Below the pieces are notes generated by a model. That model saw only the letters and a list, made by a program, of their open reading frames with translations. It was not told the origin of the DNA and searched no databases. A DNA stretch of 64,000 nt from NCBI GenBank assembly GCA_030264375.1, contig JASCQW010000132.1, positions 57,631,729 through 57,695,728 on the forward strand, in the 5' to 3' direction. Position 1 is the first letter of the stretch. Each line of letters starts with the position of its first letter. A program made the translations under genes and the position numbers. The stretch comes from Carcharhinus longimanus. Lineage: Eukaryota. Shown one piece after another: positions 11,148 through 24,395 of this stretch.

Positions 11148-13407
11148 AGGTATAATAACAATTGTTTGGAATGTCTGGGTTTAAGAATTTTTCCTTAGAA
11201 CTTTTGTGTTCAAGATGGCAGCAGCTAACATTGTGACGTTTATCTGTTATAACATCATCTAGTGTCCTGCTGGAACTACATTTTGACACAAGTAATCATC
11301 ATTTGTAGAAAACTTTGGAATGGTTATGAGGTACTTGTGACTTTGGGTTCATTGGGACACAGTAGTTTAGGTCTGATAAATGTACAAGCATTTTGCTTTG
11401 CAGTTTATCATTGAATCAAAAATAACATGGGAAATGTCAAACTCTAATCTAAGCTTGGACGGAGCACCTTATAGCACATATCTACATAGACATGCAAATA
11501 ACTTATTGATGCCTGAAAAAATCGTTTTCATTTACATCTGCAGCATTTACTGAGAAGGGAGTAACCTGACCCAAGAGAAACCACCCAAAACATGTCAATT
11601 CAAGCATTCCGAAGACCACACCAGCAAAGGCTATTGATTCTGCACACAAACTTGCACTTGGATTGCATAAATAAGCCACTGTGTAAAACCATTTATGAAA
11701 ATGTGACCTTATAAGAATTTTCAAAGTGCTTGATGTGCAGTTCCAAAAAACGTACTGTGAGTTAAAGGATTCCCAAGTTGTTCAGCGTTCTAATTATGTA
11801 AACCATATTTTTAAATACCAGATTTTTTTCCCCCACATTTACTAGCCGGCAGATACTGTGCACCTCAAGGTAGCTGCAGTCTTATTAGTCTCTTTTTCAG
11901 CCATTTGCAAGCTTCACACAAATTTAAGTTACATTGACTTAAAATCAAGAGAAATTATTAGTTTTATGACGACAAAATCCTACTTCTTACCCAACAGCAA
12001 TGTGAGACCACTTTCAGCAGAAGTGACTCAAGCAGCCCACCATCATCTTCTCAGTGCAACTGCGAAGGGGCAATAAATGCTACCCTCACAGCAGATACCA
12101 CCTTCCATAAATGTCTTCTCTCAGAACTACAGTTGCTTCATGCATCAGGTTTCCAAAACTGATTACATTTCCAAACTGTAAGCAATTTCCACAACTTTGG
12201 TGTCACTGAGGACACAGACTAGTGAATCATTCACTCCATAATTTGGGAAGGATTACCGGAAAAATGTATCAGCCCTTATGAATAGATGCCATTATTGCAC
12301 TGTTGGAGTGCAACATTTAAATGCCAGAATCACTGACTAATGCAAACACAATGCCACAGCCAGAAATAGAAAATGTGACACCATTGTAACGTTAATACCT
12401 CAAAGCAAGAGCTAAACCACTCACCTGGTGCAGCTGTATGTGTGGTTTTTATACTAGCAATAGGGAACAGCATGTAATGTGCACGTCAGCATGCTGCTTC
12501 CAATTTTGCAGCCACAACATATCAAACAATATCTGTCAATGACTTCTCTCATGTCCAGATTAGAGTTCTTATAATCAGTCACTCCTAAAAGCAGTCTGAC
12601 ACTGGAATGATATTGAAATTCCATTTACTAGAGCCAGAAGGAGCACCTAAACATCCAAGTGCTGAACATTTTTCACTCCCCTCTAAAACAGGGCACCAAG
12701 TTGAACTCCAGATTGTAAAACTATGTAAACTCATTAATCCTCCCCGCCTGACAAGTTGAGTCCCTTCAGAGGAATAGCATGTTACCTTTAGAAAAGAGAA
12801 ACAGAAGCAGCAGAACCCACCCTGTCAACCAATCTCAGAACAATATAGGTAGTACCCATTTGAGGTTTCAGAGAAAGGCTATTCTGTTTGTTGTTTTAAA
12901 TCATTCAAGTCTGTGGCACAATTACAATGTTGCATCATACTGTGCCTGGAAAAATTAGTACTTCTGCACATTTTTCTCTCCACATGCCACAGTTTGTAAA
13001 TCCTGACAAACTAATCAACAAACTGCATTTGTAACCATATAGAACATTTGGCATATGTAACTTCCTACTTTACAACTCGATATTAAATTAACTAACTAGT
13101 TGCCACATTGTCTAAATGACAATTTATTGATTTATGAACATAACAGTGCTTCTCTTAGACAACTTTAAGTTGATATAAGAGTTACCACAGAAGTTATAAT
13201 TCATATGAAGACTAAACACACCTACAAAACAGAAAAAACTTGAGACATACAGTGCAATTACCCCGGATGGTACTTTTGACAGTGCAACAAAACTACTAGT
13301 TTCCAGATGTCTTTGAAAAGTGAAAAGAGATTGTGTCACTGGTCACAAAGCTGAGTTCTTTACAGATCAGAGCTGGAATAGTTTTGATCCACTTTAAACA
13401 GAGATCT

Positions 13408-13892
13408 AGGGGGCGATTCTCTGGCTGTGTTGCGCTCTGTACAAATCCTGCTGTCGGGTAAGTACTGGCAGAGCCTTGGAATGGGGTTTGCACTGATTGC
13501 CAAACAGTTTGCGTGCTTCCAGACAGACGCAATCAAGATTGCATTGCCAGGATGCCTGAGGCAGTGTCAAAGGGGCAGGGCATGAAAGGGGTGGGATATG
13601 AAGGGGGACACAATGGGAGTGCCCTGATGCCAGCAATCTATGTTCAGAGTGGCAGGAGTGGTAACATGCCATCAACGAGGGAGGGGTCGGGGCTTCTTTA
13701 GTTTTACAGCTATAGACACTGCCTGAGTTAATTAGAGTTTGCTAGTGTATTTAGGTCCCGCCATTCACACTGACGGCACAAAACATGCTCCCTTTCAAAA
13801 AAATTGGCAAAGTATGAGAATATCTCGCTGGGAAACTCACATGCCAGTTTACTGATTGAACCTGACACTTGGCCTTTTTCTTCAGAGAATTC
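13408..13892. mobile_element. Non-autonomous DNA transposon (Harbinger-type)
   Basis: GGGGCGATTCTCTGG at the left end, CAGAGAATTC at the right end; internal similarity to the 2127 and 51060 elements. Confidence 0.5.
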
Positions 13893-14587
13893 TATTCATT
13901 ATCTCAAAAGCACAATTCCCTCCATCTCTCTTGATGACACTAACTCAGGCAGTGTCTATATGTTGACAGCAGTGCCTACTCATCAGGATAACTCTTCTGA
14001 TACATTAATTACAGAGCATTACAGGAGAGCCCAATGTGAGCTTCCTCAATGCATAAAATGTGGGTTTCCAGTTGGGTTTTTGGATTATGACCAAAAGCAT
14101 AAACTCTGGAATATGTCCGCTTAGTTTAAGATTAACAAAAGTTAAGGGACAATTAATGGAAGAGGTTAGGGGTAAACTTGAGCTTAGTTTGACAGTGGAC
14201 AGTACAGGCTGGTAATTAATCTATCAATGGAGCTTTTATATAAAATTATTAAATTGTGCTCGAAATTTGTTTCAACTTTTTGTTTCCTATCACTATGTAG
14301 ATTCTTAACTTCCATAGCATCTTTTTTTATCACAAATACTACCGAACAGGCAAAGAAATAACCAACATGCCCTGGGTTAAGAATGAGGCAAAATGACAAC
14401 AATGGCCCCCACTGGAAGATGTAAGTGGACACTGTTATGTTCAGCTGTAATATCACTCATGGTCAAAAAAAAGGCCAAGTGGCTCTTGTGGAATTCTAGC
14501 TTTACAGACATTTGGTAACTCCACAAGAAAAGTACAGAAAATACAGAAAATTAAGGGCAAAGGGTTGGGTTAGCCACAAATACCAAA

Positions 14588-14880
14588 GGGCGGCATGGTG
14601 GCAAGCACTGCTGCCTCACAGTGCCAGCGACTTGGGTTTGATTCCTGGCTTAGGTCACTGTTTGTGTGGAGTATGCACATTTTCCCCTTATCTGCGTGCA
14701 TTTCCTACGGCTGTTCTGATTTCCTCCCACAGTGCAAAAGACGTGCTGGTAACGTGCTAAATTCTCCCTCAGTGTACCTGAACAGGCGCCAGAGTGTGGC
14801 GACTGGGAAATTTTCACAGTAACTTCATTACAGTGTTAACATAAGCCTACTTGTGACACTAATAAATAAAACTTTAAACT
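14588..14880 (+). mobile_element. HE1/V-SINE, alternative-tail subfamily
   Basis: Standard head and V-domain followed by AAATTCTCCCTCAGTGTACCTGAACAGG...TTTTCACAGTAACTTCATT...AATAAATAAAACTTTAAAC. Confidence 0.88.
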
Positions 14881-15262
14881 CAATGGACTGACATGCATAC
14901 TCCTGAATTCTCAATATAGTGGCAAAGTCTCCATGCTGGACACTGAAATCTGAAAATTAATCTATGTGTAGAGATATTGTAAGTGCATTCAAGAAATATC
15001 TTCTGTTCAAAGAATCACAGAATCCCAAAAGTGCAGGAGGAAGCCAAGTGGCCCATCGAACCTGCACCAACAACAATATTTTCCTATGTTTTTTCTAAGA
15101 GATACCAAACAAGAAACATTCCTTACTGTACTTAAAATATCACCACATACAGTGATCCGAGGAATTTTTATATGTGACAAGCTTACAGAAGGGTAGCTCG
15201 GTATTCTGCAATAGATTTGATGCATCCAGGTATCTTATCAGGTGACTATCCAGTTAATTTAC

Positions 15263-16531
15263 CTTGTTGGCAGTCACTTCCAGAAGCCCTTTCAGTTTGT
15301 TCCTGGGCCCCTGGATTCGCACTGTTGTTTCCTTGCAGGGTGACATCTTTCTTGAGATGAGCGCCTTTATTTACAGAATTAACACGCGTTGGAATTGGGA
15401 CAAATGTAGGATCTAAGTCCATTATCAGCTTATTAAGTTGTTCAATTGACTGATCAATGTCCAGTGTTGGGGAAGTCGACAAATCTTGCTTTTTATCTCC
15501 CAACCCTGCATCTTCAGAAGGTTTGAGGTAAACCTCAGAAGGTTTGAGACCTTGATTTTCACGTTCAAACAAGACTTCGGGGCTTTGGTGGTCTGGTAAT
15601 TTACTGTCTCCTGATAGCGTATTAAGCCCCCTCTGAACAGCATCTCGACTGCTGGACCCTCTTGCTGGGGTATCAGGAAGTTTGGGCGTAGTTTGCGTTC
15701 TACTCTGATCTTCTCCAGTTCCCACCATAGCAAACCTCAAGTCATTTTCTGCTGGATAGGCGTACTGTTGGGCTGCAACCATTTGCTGTTGTTGCACCCA
15801 CGTCTGAGTTGAGTAGCTGCTCTGGTTATAACCCTGTGGCTGTGCTGACAATGAAGGGTTTCTTGGTCGTTGAAAGGTGTTCTTCCCCTCAGTAACGCCA
15901 ACAAATGTTCTGTCATACGCTGTTTCTGTGCCTATTCCAAGGTCAGGTACAAGAGCATTATGCAAATCATCTCCAGTGTTACTTCCAAAACCATCTGACA
16001 GCAAAGAATTCTGGCTGCTCTTGTGAAAACTGAAGTTTCCCAGATTGTTTGAAGGCTGGCCTTCTGAAGAGGAAAGTGTCCCTATGCTGTCCACGCTATG
16101 CAGATCATGATTTGGCATTTCATCATCTAAAATATCAGTCTCCCTGTCCTTGGCTTTCAGTTCACCATTCACATGGACCTGAACGGGTACAATGTGACGT
16201 ACTCCACTGTATTTTACTCTTGTTTCTGTCATTTCCTTCAGCTGTACAGAATTCTCCAGCCCAAATCCACTTAAAAGCCTGTCCAACTCAGCCTTCTCCT
16301 GCAGGCTTAGGCCTCGCTTAACACCCGGTGGCAAGTGCTCCTCTGTCCGATCTGTTCTTATGGAGGCTGTGGAGTTCCCAGAGTCACTGCTGACTGACAG
16401 AGTGTGGTCAATTTGGTCAGGTCCTGTAGTCGCGGGAGCACCACCACCAATAGGAATGTTGCCCTCAGAGGAACTTTTCTTTCGTACCTTAGCGTACAGA
16501 CTTCCATCAATTGGTCCTTGGGTGTGTGACA
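15263..16531 (-). CDS. TNS3: Tensin-3 large exon (V/SHTQGPIDGSLYAKVRKK...DIDQSIEQLNKLIMDLDPTF...SDCQQ/G), 1269 nt, phase 1->1
   Basis: Inside ORF 15246-16571; ttatcccag|TGTCACAC...CAACAAG|gtaaat; TNS3-type motifs EKAELDRLLSGFGLE, DRETDILDDEMP, SSQNSLLSDGFGSN, YSTQTWVQQQQMV. Confidence 0.97.
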
Positions 16532-19500
16532 CTGGGATAAGAAGGAACAAAAAAAAAGACTTATTAACCAAACGTTAATGGCATTAAACCACCAGTTATC
16601 AATGATACCAGAAACAGTTTGGAATTCTTGCTCCAACATTAGCTTAAACTCAATGGAAGGAAATATATGCTTTCCATTTTAATGGTGTGCAAAGATTGTG
16701 TTATCAAGAATATTTTCTTTATTTCCCAGCCTGATTTTACATCTATCAGTAATGTTCACTAACCTACTCTATTTGCTCAACATATACAAAAGACATATAC
16801 AGAAGACCTTTTTCTCTGCTGGGCTATATACACAAGCTTGGAGCATTACTCAGAGTTATAACCTTCAATTTATTTCATACTAAAAATATTTTTACCAGGA
16901 GTGAGTTTCATAGTTTATGCGAGCGTTCCTTATCAAAATATAAGTTGAAACTTGTTTTATCATTCAAAACTTTCCACATAGGCGCCTACCAGATGGTATC
17001 CATAAATAGAAAAAGTTGGATTCATTTTGTAAAATGTACCTATAAACAAAATAGGTCCTGGAAGCAACAAGCTATAACAAATGCTTTCACTAATGTAACT
17101 AACTACAATTTATTTGGGACTTCCTCGTTAGTGATTTGTCCAGCCAACCTCATGACTGGAGATAGTGATCATATTTTACCACTGGCGTATCCTCTATGAG
17201 TCTTGTGTAAAGAAGCAATCAAAGTGACAAGCAACTGATCTTTTCTTGCCCTCAAGGCACCATAGTTAAGGAATTACAACAGTCAAAATGACTGTACATA
17301 TTTTTGCTGGAGGGCATTGTTATTGTGTTACGGCACTGCACAAAAAGAGTACAGCATTTTCCTTATCTAATCAGAGTTCCCAAGATTTCCAAATAGCATT
17401 TTATTTTCTATTTTGTTATCTGCAGCAGATAATCCTTTGCAATTCCATACAATCAATAGTATTTATGCTTTGCATACAAATACAAGCAAATACCATGAAA
17501 GCCAAAAGGACTTATCTTCTAAGGATTTACAATTATTGGTTTAATTCTTAAACTCAGTATATTCTTCAGCTGTGTCTCAAATGTAGTAGATTGACACGAT
17601 GTTCCCTGTATTTAGCTACGTAGTGAGTGACTTAAAGAACAATATCGTGCAGGCAAGATGCAAGGTCTGAGCCCTGCTGTGCATTAGAAGTCAGCTGATG
17701 ACAAGATTCAACTGTGATGCCCTCCACAGCCATAGTGTCTGCTGATATTTAATGTGCTAGCTCATGGAAGACTAAACACTTGAGTGCAGTCTTCTAAGGG
17801 CTGCTAGCAAACTGCACAACATGCATTAGCATCGTAAAACACGGGAGAAAATTGAAAAAAATTAGCCAAATAGAGTTAATCTGTCATAAACCGCAAGGAA
17901 AACATTAAATCAAAGCCTTTTAGTTTAGGACACGGTTTCCTTTTCCTCTAAAGAAAATATTGCCACATAGTGCAAGGTCTTGAGCAATATGAGCTGCGAA
18001 TCGTGTGGATTGTAAACATCACCTGCTACCTGTCCCCTAGATGGCATTATTCTGCAGTTAATGAACTTTACAAGAATTACTATCTTGTGCTTCCCTTGCA
18101 AATACTGACTCATACAAATCATTTTCACCTGCTCTTGCGTTCACAACAAATAATACAATCCTGTGGAAATGGGTTTCCATATTGAGAATCGGGTACATTT
18201 TCTTCAATGTACTTCTATAGTGAAACTACGTTAGTCAATTTGCCTCATTTCATCTCACAATTCTCCCTCATTTAGTAACCAAAAACATTTCATTCCATAT
18301 TGGACAGAGACAAGAGTTTTAATGTCTTTTATACTTACAGGTGATATTCAGGTAATATTCACAGCATGGAAAATACTGACACATTCCAACATTCTACAGA
18401 ATGAAGAAACAAGTCAATTCTCTCCAAATGTGCACTTTCACAATTCCGTATACATGTAATGAAATTATAGATTAACCAAGTTCAAAGATCTTCACATTTC
18501 AACTAACATCAGAACAAGTCTGTCATATTCAATTAGAAAAACTGACCTCAACGTCATCAAAACATTGGACTGAAATGAGTTAAAAAATATCTGTTCTCTT
18601 GCTGCTGTGCTGTACTCCTATTTTCTTTAATCCTTTACTGTCTGGGATGTCCTGCCACAAAACCCACACAGGACTAGATAAAGGCATTTCAAGCTGATAA
18701 CATGTCCTATAGCTTTCCTTCTGCCACTCATTCAACACTAGTAAAAATAGGGGCACATTGATTCCAGCTAGGTAAACACATCTGGGCTTCAACCATATGC
18801 TATCCCTACTTGCAATCAGCACAAAACTCACAGTAAGAATTGATCCGATGAGGTGGTGTGTAGTTCAGAGAAAGCAGCTAAACCAAACGTTTTGAAGAAC
18901 GACTGCACACTGAGGCAACTCTGGGCTTGTTCAGAACTACATTCCTTTTCGCAAGAAAGTGTTTTTTTTAAACTTTGCCTTTGTCCCATTTTTCATGCTA
19001 GTACTCCCCTACCCCCAAATACACGAGCTTCGATCGTCACTACCTATGTTAATACAAGCAACTTACCTCTCACACTGTGTTTCATTACTGCAGGTATTCA
19101 AAGTTCCTCTAAAGACTGCAGCTTCAGGAACAATCACTGCACTCCAGGCTTATGGTGCAACAACAGTGTTGGAATGGGGCCTTATTTTTCATTACACTCT
19201 GCGCTTTCCTCCCACTGAAGGTGACTGGTCTTACAAGATATGCATNNNNNNNNNNCAGACTTCACACTGGCCAAATATGGCAATGGAAAATGTAAACAAG
19301 GGGGCGGGATTTCATGTGTGTGTTCAAGCTAGCTGCAGGCACCAATGGAATTTATGCTTACTGATTGAAATCATACTACATATAATTTGGTGACTGTGTT
19401 GAAGGCATTCATTTTGTTAACTCAGTCCAGCTGTTCAGTCAGAATTCTCAACAGCCTTGAGCAGGCAGGTTCTAACTAATAAGGATAATAACCCTGAAAT

Positions 19501-19641
19501 TATGCATGGACTACTACAGTCGGAATACTTAATGCGATCGTGCACATTCTCAATCTTTATTATTTTATGAAGATGGTAAATCGTTAAAAGAAAATGGGTT
19601 AAGCCTCTACTAAAATAGCAGAAGTCAATCTAAATAATGGC

Positions 19642-20363
19642 CTAAATCTTCCAGTCTCCGGATTGTCAGGGGTAGGACGCTAGTTGCGGGGTGTGCATCA
19701 GGCCCTCACAGAAGACATGATGCATAGACATGCTTTGAAATTGCCCAGAAGGTTCAACTGCCAAAGGGCTGCCTTCTGCTACTTGGGGCCTCTACTAAAG
19801 TCATAGACCTTTAGGACTCAAATGGACATACGTACCCTGGAAACATTACATGGTTTAGTAAATGATCTAACTCAGTGGTTGAGTAATATACTCAACTAAG
19901 CACCATAATGGACACGTGGGCAGATCTGATTACCCTCCATCTCTGGCTAAAATCCCTGCAACTGACTATGTTCCTCCAGCCAGACCCAACTATCCTTTGG
20001 CCATTTAGCCATCCTCTGACTAGGCCCAAGCACCCCTTCAAATTCCTGACCTAACACCACATCCTCCCCTGACTACACCACACCTCCCATCCTTGGAGCA
20101 GACCCAAATACCCCCTAACATGAATACCATCTTACCAACTTACTGAAAACCTAAAACCTTTAAAAACATACCTGAATACAGTAGCCACTGTGATGAAAGA
20201 GGGGCATGTTCTCTCTTTTTGCACTCTGGAGAAGCTTCACTGACCCGCTGATGCTTCAGCTGGGATCAGAAGATAAGGGTGAAAAACTCTTAGAGGGTTG
20301 GTTTGCCACAACCTTCTGGGGCAGTGGCAATAAGCTCTGCATTGACCCTGACTGGAAGATTAG
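19642..20363. mobile_element. Non-autonomous TIR DNA transposon
   Basis: CTAAATCTTCCAGTC (19642-19656) and GACTGGAAGATTAG (20350-20363) are near-perfect inverted repeats. Confidence 0.65.
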
Positions 20364-20595
20364 TGTCATTATTGTTCACATTACTTCAAGCACACCTTAT
20401 GTTCATATAGCACCTTTAATGAAGAAGAGAATTTTACATTTGTGGCATTGTTGGATCAGGGTCACTATAGGTCAGCATGCACAGGAGTGATGGGGTAATG
20501 GAAGTTGATGTGTGTTAGGACAAGGGCAGCAGTGTTTTGAATGAATGCAGATTTATGGAAGTTGGAAAGGCAGCCAGGAGAGTACTGGGATAATC

Positions 20596-21205
20596 CATAA
20601 TTCCATAAGATACAGGAACAGAATTAGGCCATTTGGCCCATTGAGTCCGCTATTCAATCATGGCTGAAAAGTTTCTCAATCCCATTCTCCCACCTTTTCC
20701 GTGTAACTTCTGATCCCCTTACCAATCAAGGGCCTATCTATTTCTATCTTAAATACATTTAATGACTTGGCCTCCACAACCTATGACAATTAATTTTATA
20801 GATTCACCACCCTCTGGCTGAAGAAATTTTTCCTCACCTTAGTTCTAAAAGCTCATTCCTTTACTCTGGGGCTGTGTGCTCAGATTGTATTCTCTCCTAC
20901 TAATGGAAATATCTTCCCTATGTCCACTCAATCCAGGTCTTTCAGGATTCTGTAAGTTTCAATGAGATCCCTCCTCAACCTTCTAAACTCCATCAAGTAT
21001 AGATCTAGAGTCCTCAAATGTCCTCATATGTCAAGCTTTTCATTTCCTGGATCATCCTCCTGAACATTGGACTCTTTCCAAGGGCAGTACATCATTCCTT
21101 AGATATGGGACTCAAAATTGCCCAAAATATTCCAAATGTGGTCTCACTAGAGCCTTACAAAGCCTCAGCAGTACATCCCTGCTTTTGTATTCCAGGCCTC
21201 TCCAA
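20596..21205 (-). mobile_element. CR1 LINE 3' fragment
   Basis: CATAAGATACAGGAACAGAATTAGGCCATTTGGCCC tail (reverse complement) plus ORF2 C-terminal remnants. Confidence 0.8.
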
Positions 21206-21256
21206 GTCTGAAGATAACAACTTTCTGCCTTCTTTCAGTTTTGGCAAAGAGTCTAT

Positions 21257-21383
21257 GAGTGGGATTTTCCGGCTACGTTTGCCCTGAAACCAGAAAATCT
21301 TGCCCGAGGTCAACGGACCTTTCCAGAGTCCGTCCTCACCCGCTACGATTCCTATGGTGAGTGGGACAGGAAAATTCACCCCC
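21257..21383. mobile_element. Short MITE
   Basis: GTGGGATTTTCC ... GGAAAATTCACCC imperfect TIRs, with ATG near both ends as a possible 3-bp TSD. Confidence 0.55.
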
Positions 21384-21519
21384 ATGACACAAAATGCTAA
21401 CCTTAATCTTCCTTCTGATAGGTGCTGGCAGAACTGATAACATTTTCCAGGGTTCTCTGTTCTTGTTTCAGTTTCCAGCATTCACAGTATTTTGCTTATC
21501 TAAACATTTAGAAAAATGT

Positions 21520-22860
21520 TTGAATTCATTTATGGGACATGGGCATTGCTGGCTCAGCCAGCCTTAACTGCCCATCCCTAATTGCCCTTGAAAAGATGGT
21601 GGTGAGCTGTCTTTTTGAACTGCTGCAGTCCCTGTGGTGTAGGTGCATCCACAGTGCTGTTAGAGAGGGAGTTCCAGAATTTTTATCAGTGAAAATGAAG
21701 GAACAGCAATACATTTACAAGTCAGGATGATGAGTAACTCAGAAGAGAACTTGCAGGTGGTGGTGTGCCTGCTTTCCTTGTCTTTCTCGATAGTGGCGAC
21801 CATGGGTTTGGAAGGTGCTGTCAAAGGAATCGCGGTGAGTTCCTGCAGTGAATTTTGTAGATGGCACACAGTGCTGCTCCATTCATCGGTGGTTCAGGGA
21901 ATGAACATTTGTAGATGGGTGCCAGTCAAGCAGACTGCTGTTCTGAAAGGTGTCAAGCTTCCTGAGTGTTGTTGGAGTTGTACTCACCCAGGCAAATGAA
22001 GAATATTTCATCACACTCTTCGCCTGTGCCTTGTAAATAGTTAACAGGCTTTGGGAGTCAGGAAGCTAGTCCAGTTCAGATTCTGGTCAATGGTATGCCC
22101 CAGGATGTTTAATGGGGGACTCAGAGAGGGTAATGCCACCCAATGTCAAGGGGCAATGGTTAAATTCTGGTCATTGCTTAGCACTTATGTGGTGCAGATG
22201 TTATTTGCAACCTGTTAGCTCATGCCTGGATTTTGCCCAGGTCTTGCTACATCCAAACACGAGGAGTCATGAATGGAGCTGAACATTGTACAGTCATCAG
22301 AGAACATCCCCACTTCTGACTTTATGATGGAAAGAAAGTTACCGACGAAGCAGCTGAAAGTGGTTGGGGCTAGGACACCACCCTGAGGAACTCCTGCAGT
22401 GGTGTCCTGGAGCTGAGTTGATTGACTACCAACAACCACAACCATATTCCTCTGTGTGAGGTATTACGCCAACCAGCAGAGGGGTTTCCCACTGATTTCT
22501 GTTGACTCCAATTTTGCTAGGACTTCTTGATGCCACACCCGGTCAAAGGCTGTCTTGATGTCAAGGGTTGTCACTCTCCCCTCACTTCTGAAGTTCAGCC
22601 CTTTTGCCCATGCGTGAACCAAGGATGTAATGAAATCAGGAGCTGAGTGACCCTGGTGGAACATCCATGAGCAGGTTATTACAAAGCCAGTGCTGCTTAA
22701 TAGTGCTGTTGGGGACCCCTTTCATCACTTCAGTGATATCCAAGAGTAGACTGATTGGACAGTAATTAACTGGTTGGACTTGTGCTGCTTTTTGTGTACA
22801 CGACATACCTGGGTAATTTTGCACGCAGCCAGATAGATGCCAATGTTGTTTGGCTAGCAG
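21520..22860 (-). mobile_element. LINE (CR1/L2 group) 3' half, decayed RT
   Basis: Minus-strand ORFs give NYCPISLL, LDIKTAFDRVWHQ and AGVPQGGVLAPTTFSCF..MFSDDCTMF; tail GGGCAATTAGGGATGGGCA...GTCCCATAAATGAAT. Confidence 0.88.
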
Positions 22861-23039
22861 CACAGATAGCTCTGGAGGTTTCAGTAACAGGTGGGCTGGG
22901 ACAGGAGCAAAGACTGGTGATGTTATGGAGGAAACCTACAAGGAAAAAAGGGATAGAAAAGGGGGGAAAAGATTGTGGGCTGAAATTGTTGAATTCAATG
23001 ACTTAGCCTTCCAGACACAATGCTGAATTCAACAAGTTC

Positions 23040-23480
23040 TGATCATCATAATCTCTGCCACAATTTTGCTTTCCTTTGCTTTGCAGGTTTTGGTTTAAAT
23101 TAATTTATCTCATGTTTTTGTGATCAGATGCCATTTGTGCATCATTCTGCCATTCACACTCCTCTAGATACATCTTTTGTTTCTTTACTTGGCCCCATTA
23201 CCACTCATGCACCATAAGCCCTGATGTCATTTAATCTCTCCTGTCCTCCGCCCCATCGCAGACCTACCCGTTTTGTTTTTTTTTCTCACCACCCCACCAC
23301 CTCAGCCTTTCACTGGCTTAAAACTTTTTAAATGTCCAACATTACCCAGCTCTAATGAAAGATCATCAACACGAAAGGTGAACCCCGTATCTTTCCCCAG
23401 AAATAGTGACTGATCTGCTAAGCATTTTCAGTGCTTATTGTCTTCCTTTTGGACTTCCAGCAGCCATTTTGTTTTTAGTG
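23040..23480 (+). mobile_element. Penelope-derived short repeat (degenerate hammerhead-like motif)
   Basis: CTAATGAAAGATCATCAACACGAAAG...CTGATCTGCTAAGCATTTTCAG; related pieces at 21385, 24297, 54303, 61273 and (minus) 2880. Confidence 0.5.
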
Positions 23481-24296
23481 CAGGGATCTGCAATCTGTGA
23501 CAAGGGGACGGAGTTTATACAGTAGCCAATGACACAGGCTTCAGTTTCCAGATGTTCTGTTGGAGGGCATTTCAACTCATCCACAATAAGCTTCAAGCAG
23601 TAAGTGTGATTTTATCTCTCATAACGTTGCAGCCAGAAACAAAATTATATTTTTGATTAAAGTTATTAATCCTGTGGAGAATTTATCACCCTACTATAAC
23701 TGGCACCATTAAATTTACTTGTCAAATATGCTTACTTGATAACGCACTTGAGTTGATTTGCAGCAAACAGTATCACAAAATCAGAACAGTTTCTGTTACT
23801 GCGTCACATATACCCCTACTATTCCCAACACAGACTGTAGTTTCTGGAACGAAAGACTGCAGCTGAACAGATTTCAAACACAAATAAAATCAGCATACAC
23901 TGGGTTCAATAAAGTTTCTCACTGAGATAAATCAGCTTTCCAACGATCTCCCAGCAAAACTACTTTTAAAAAAGCAAAGTGATGAATGCCCCTACCCCCT
24001 CCACATGAACGCAAGGTCAAAATATGCCCTTAGTCTTAAAGGACAACGAGTAAAAAGTTACAGAAGCATTGCATTCATATTATTTACCATTCTGTGTTAA
24101 ATATAAAAATTCTTTCCTGCCCAACATTCAATTCAGACATCTCTACAGACAGACTGTTGAATGAATGACTTATTTTCCCATTTCCAAAAGAGTGACATCA
24201 ACTTGTTACTCTACTGGGTTAAACTTGCACACAAAACCTCACTGAGATAAACAAAACAGAATTACTAAATCTACTACACAACCAGAGAGAATGAGC

Positions 24297-24395
24297 TCGG
24301 ACGAAGAGACATCCTAACTCAAAACATTGGCTCTGTTCTCTCCCCACAGATGCCGTCAGACCTGCTGAGATTTGCCAGCATTTTCAGTTTTGTTG
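24297..24395 (+). mobile_element. Penelope-derived short repeat
   Basis: GGACGAAGAG...CTCAAAACATTGGCTCTGTTCTCTCCCCACAGATGCCGTCAGACCTGCTGAGATTTGCCAGCATTTT. Confidence 0.6.

Noticed and set aside
1-15262. Further downstream TNS3 coding exons
   Set aside because: No phase-1 acceptor with tensin-like translation was recognised; this region of tensins is divergent, so a small exon could have been missed
15246-16571. 441-aa ORF as a stand-alone gene
   Set aside because: Its ends are intronic (polypyrimidine tract and read-through past the donor); it is the internal TNS3 exon 15263-16531, in phase with the upstream exon
15425-16639. Overlapping alternative-frame and antisense ORFs in the large exon
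   Set aside because: Short, no recognisable motifs; expected shadows of a long coding exon
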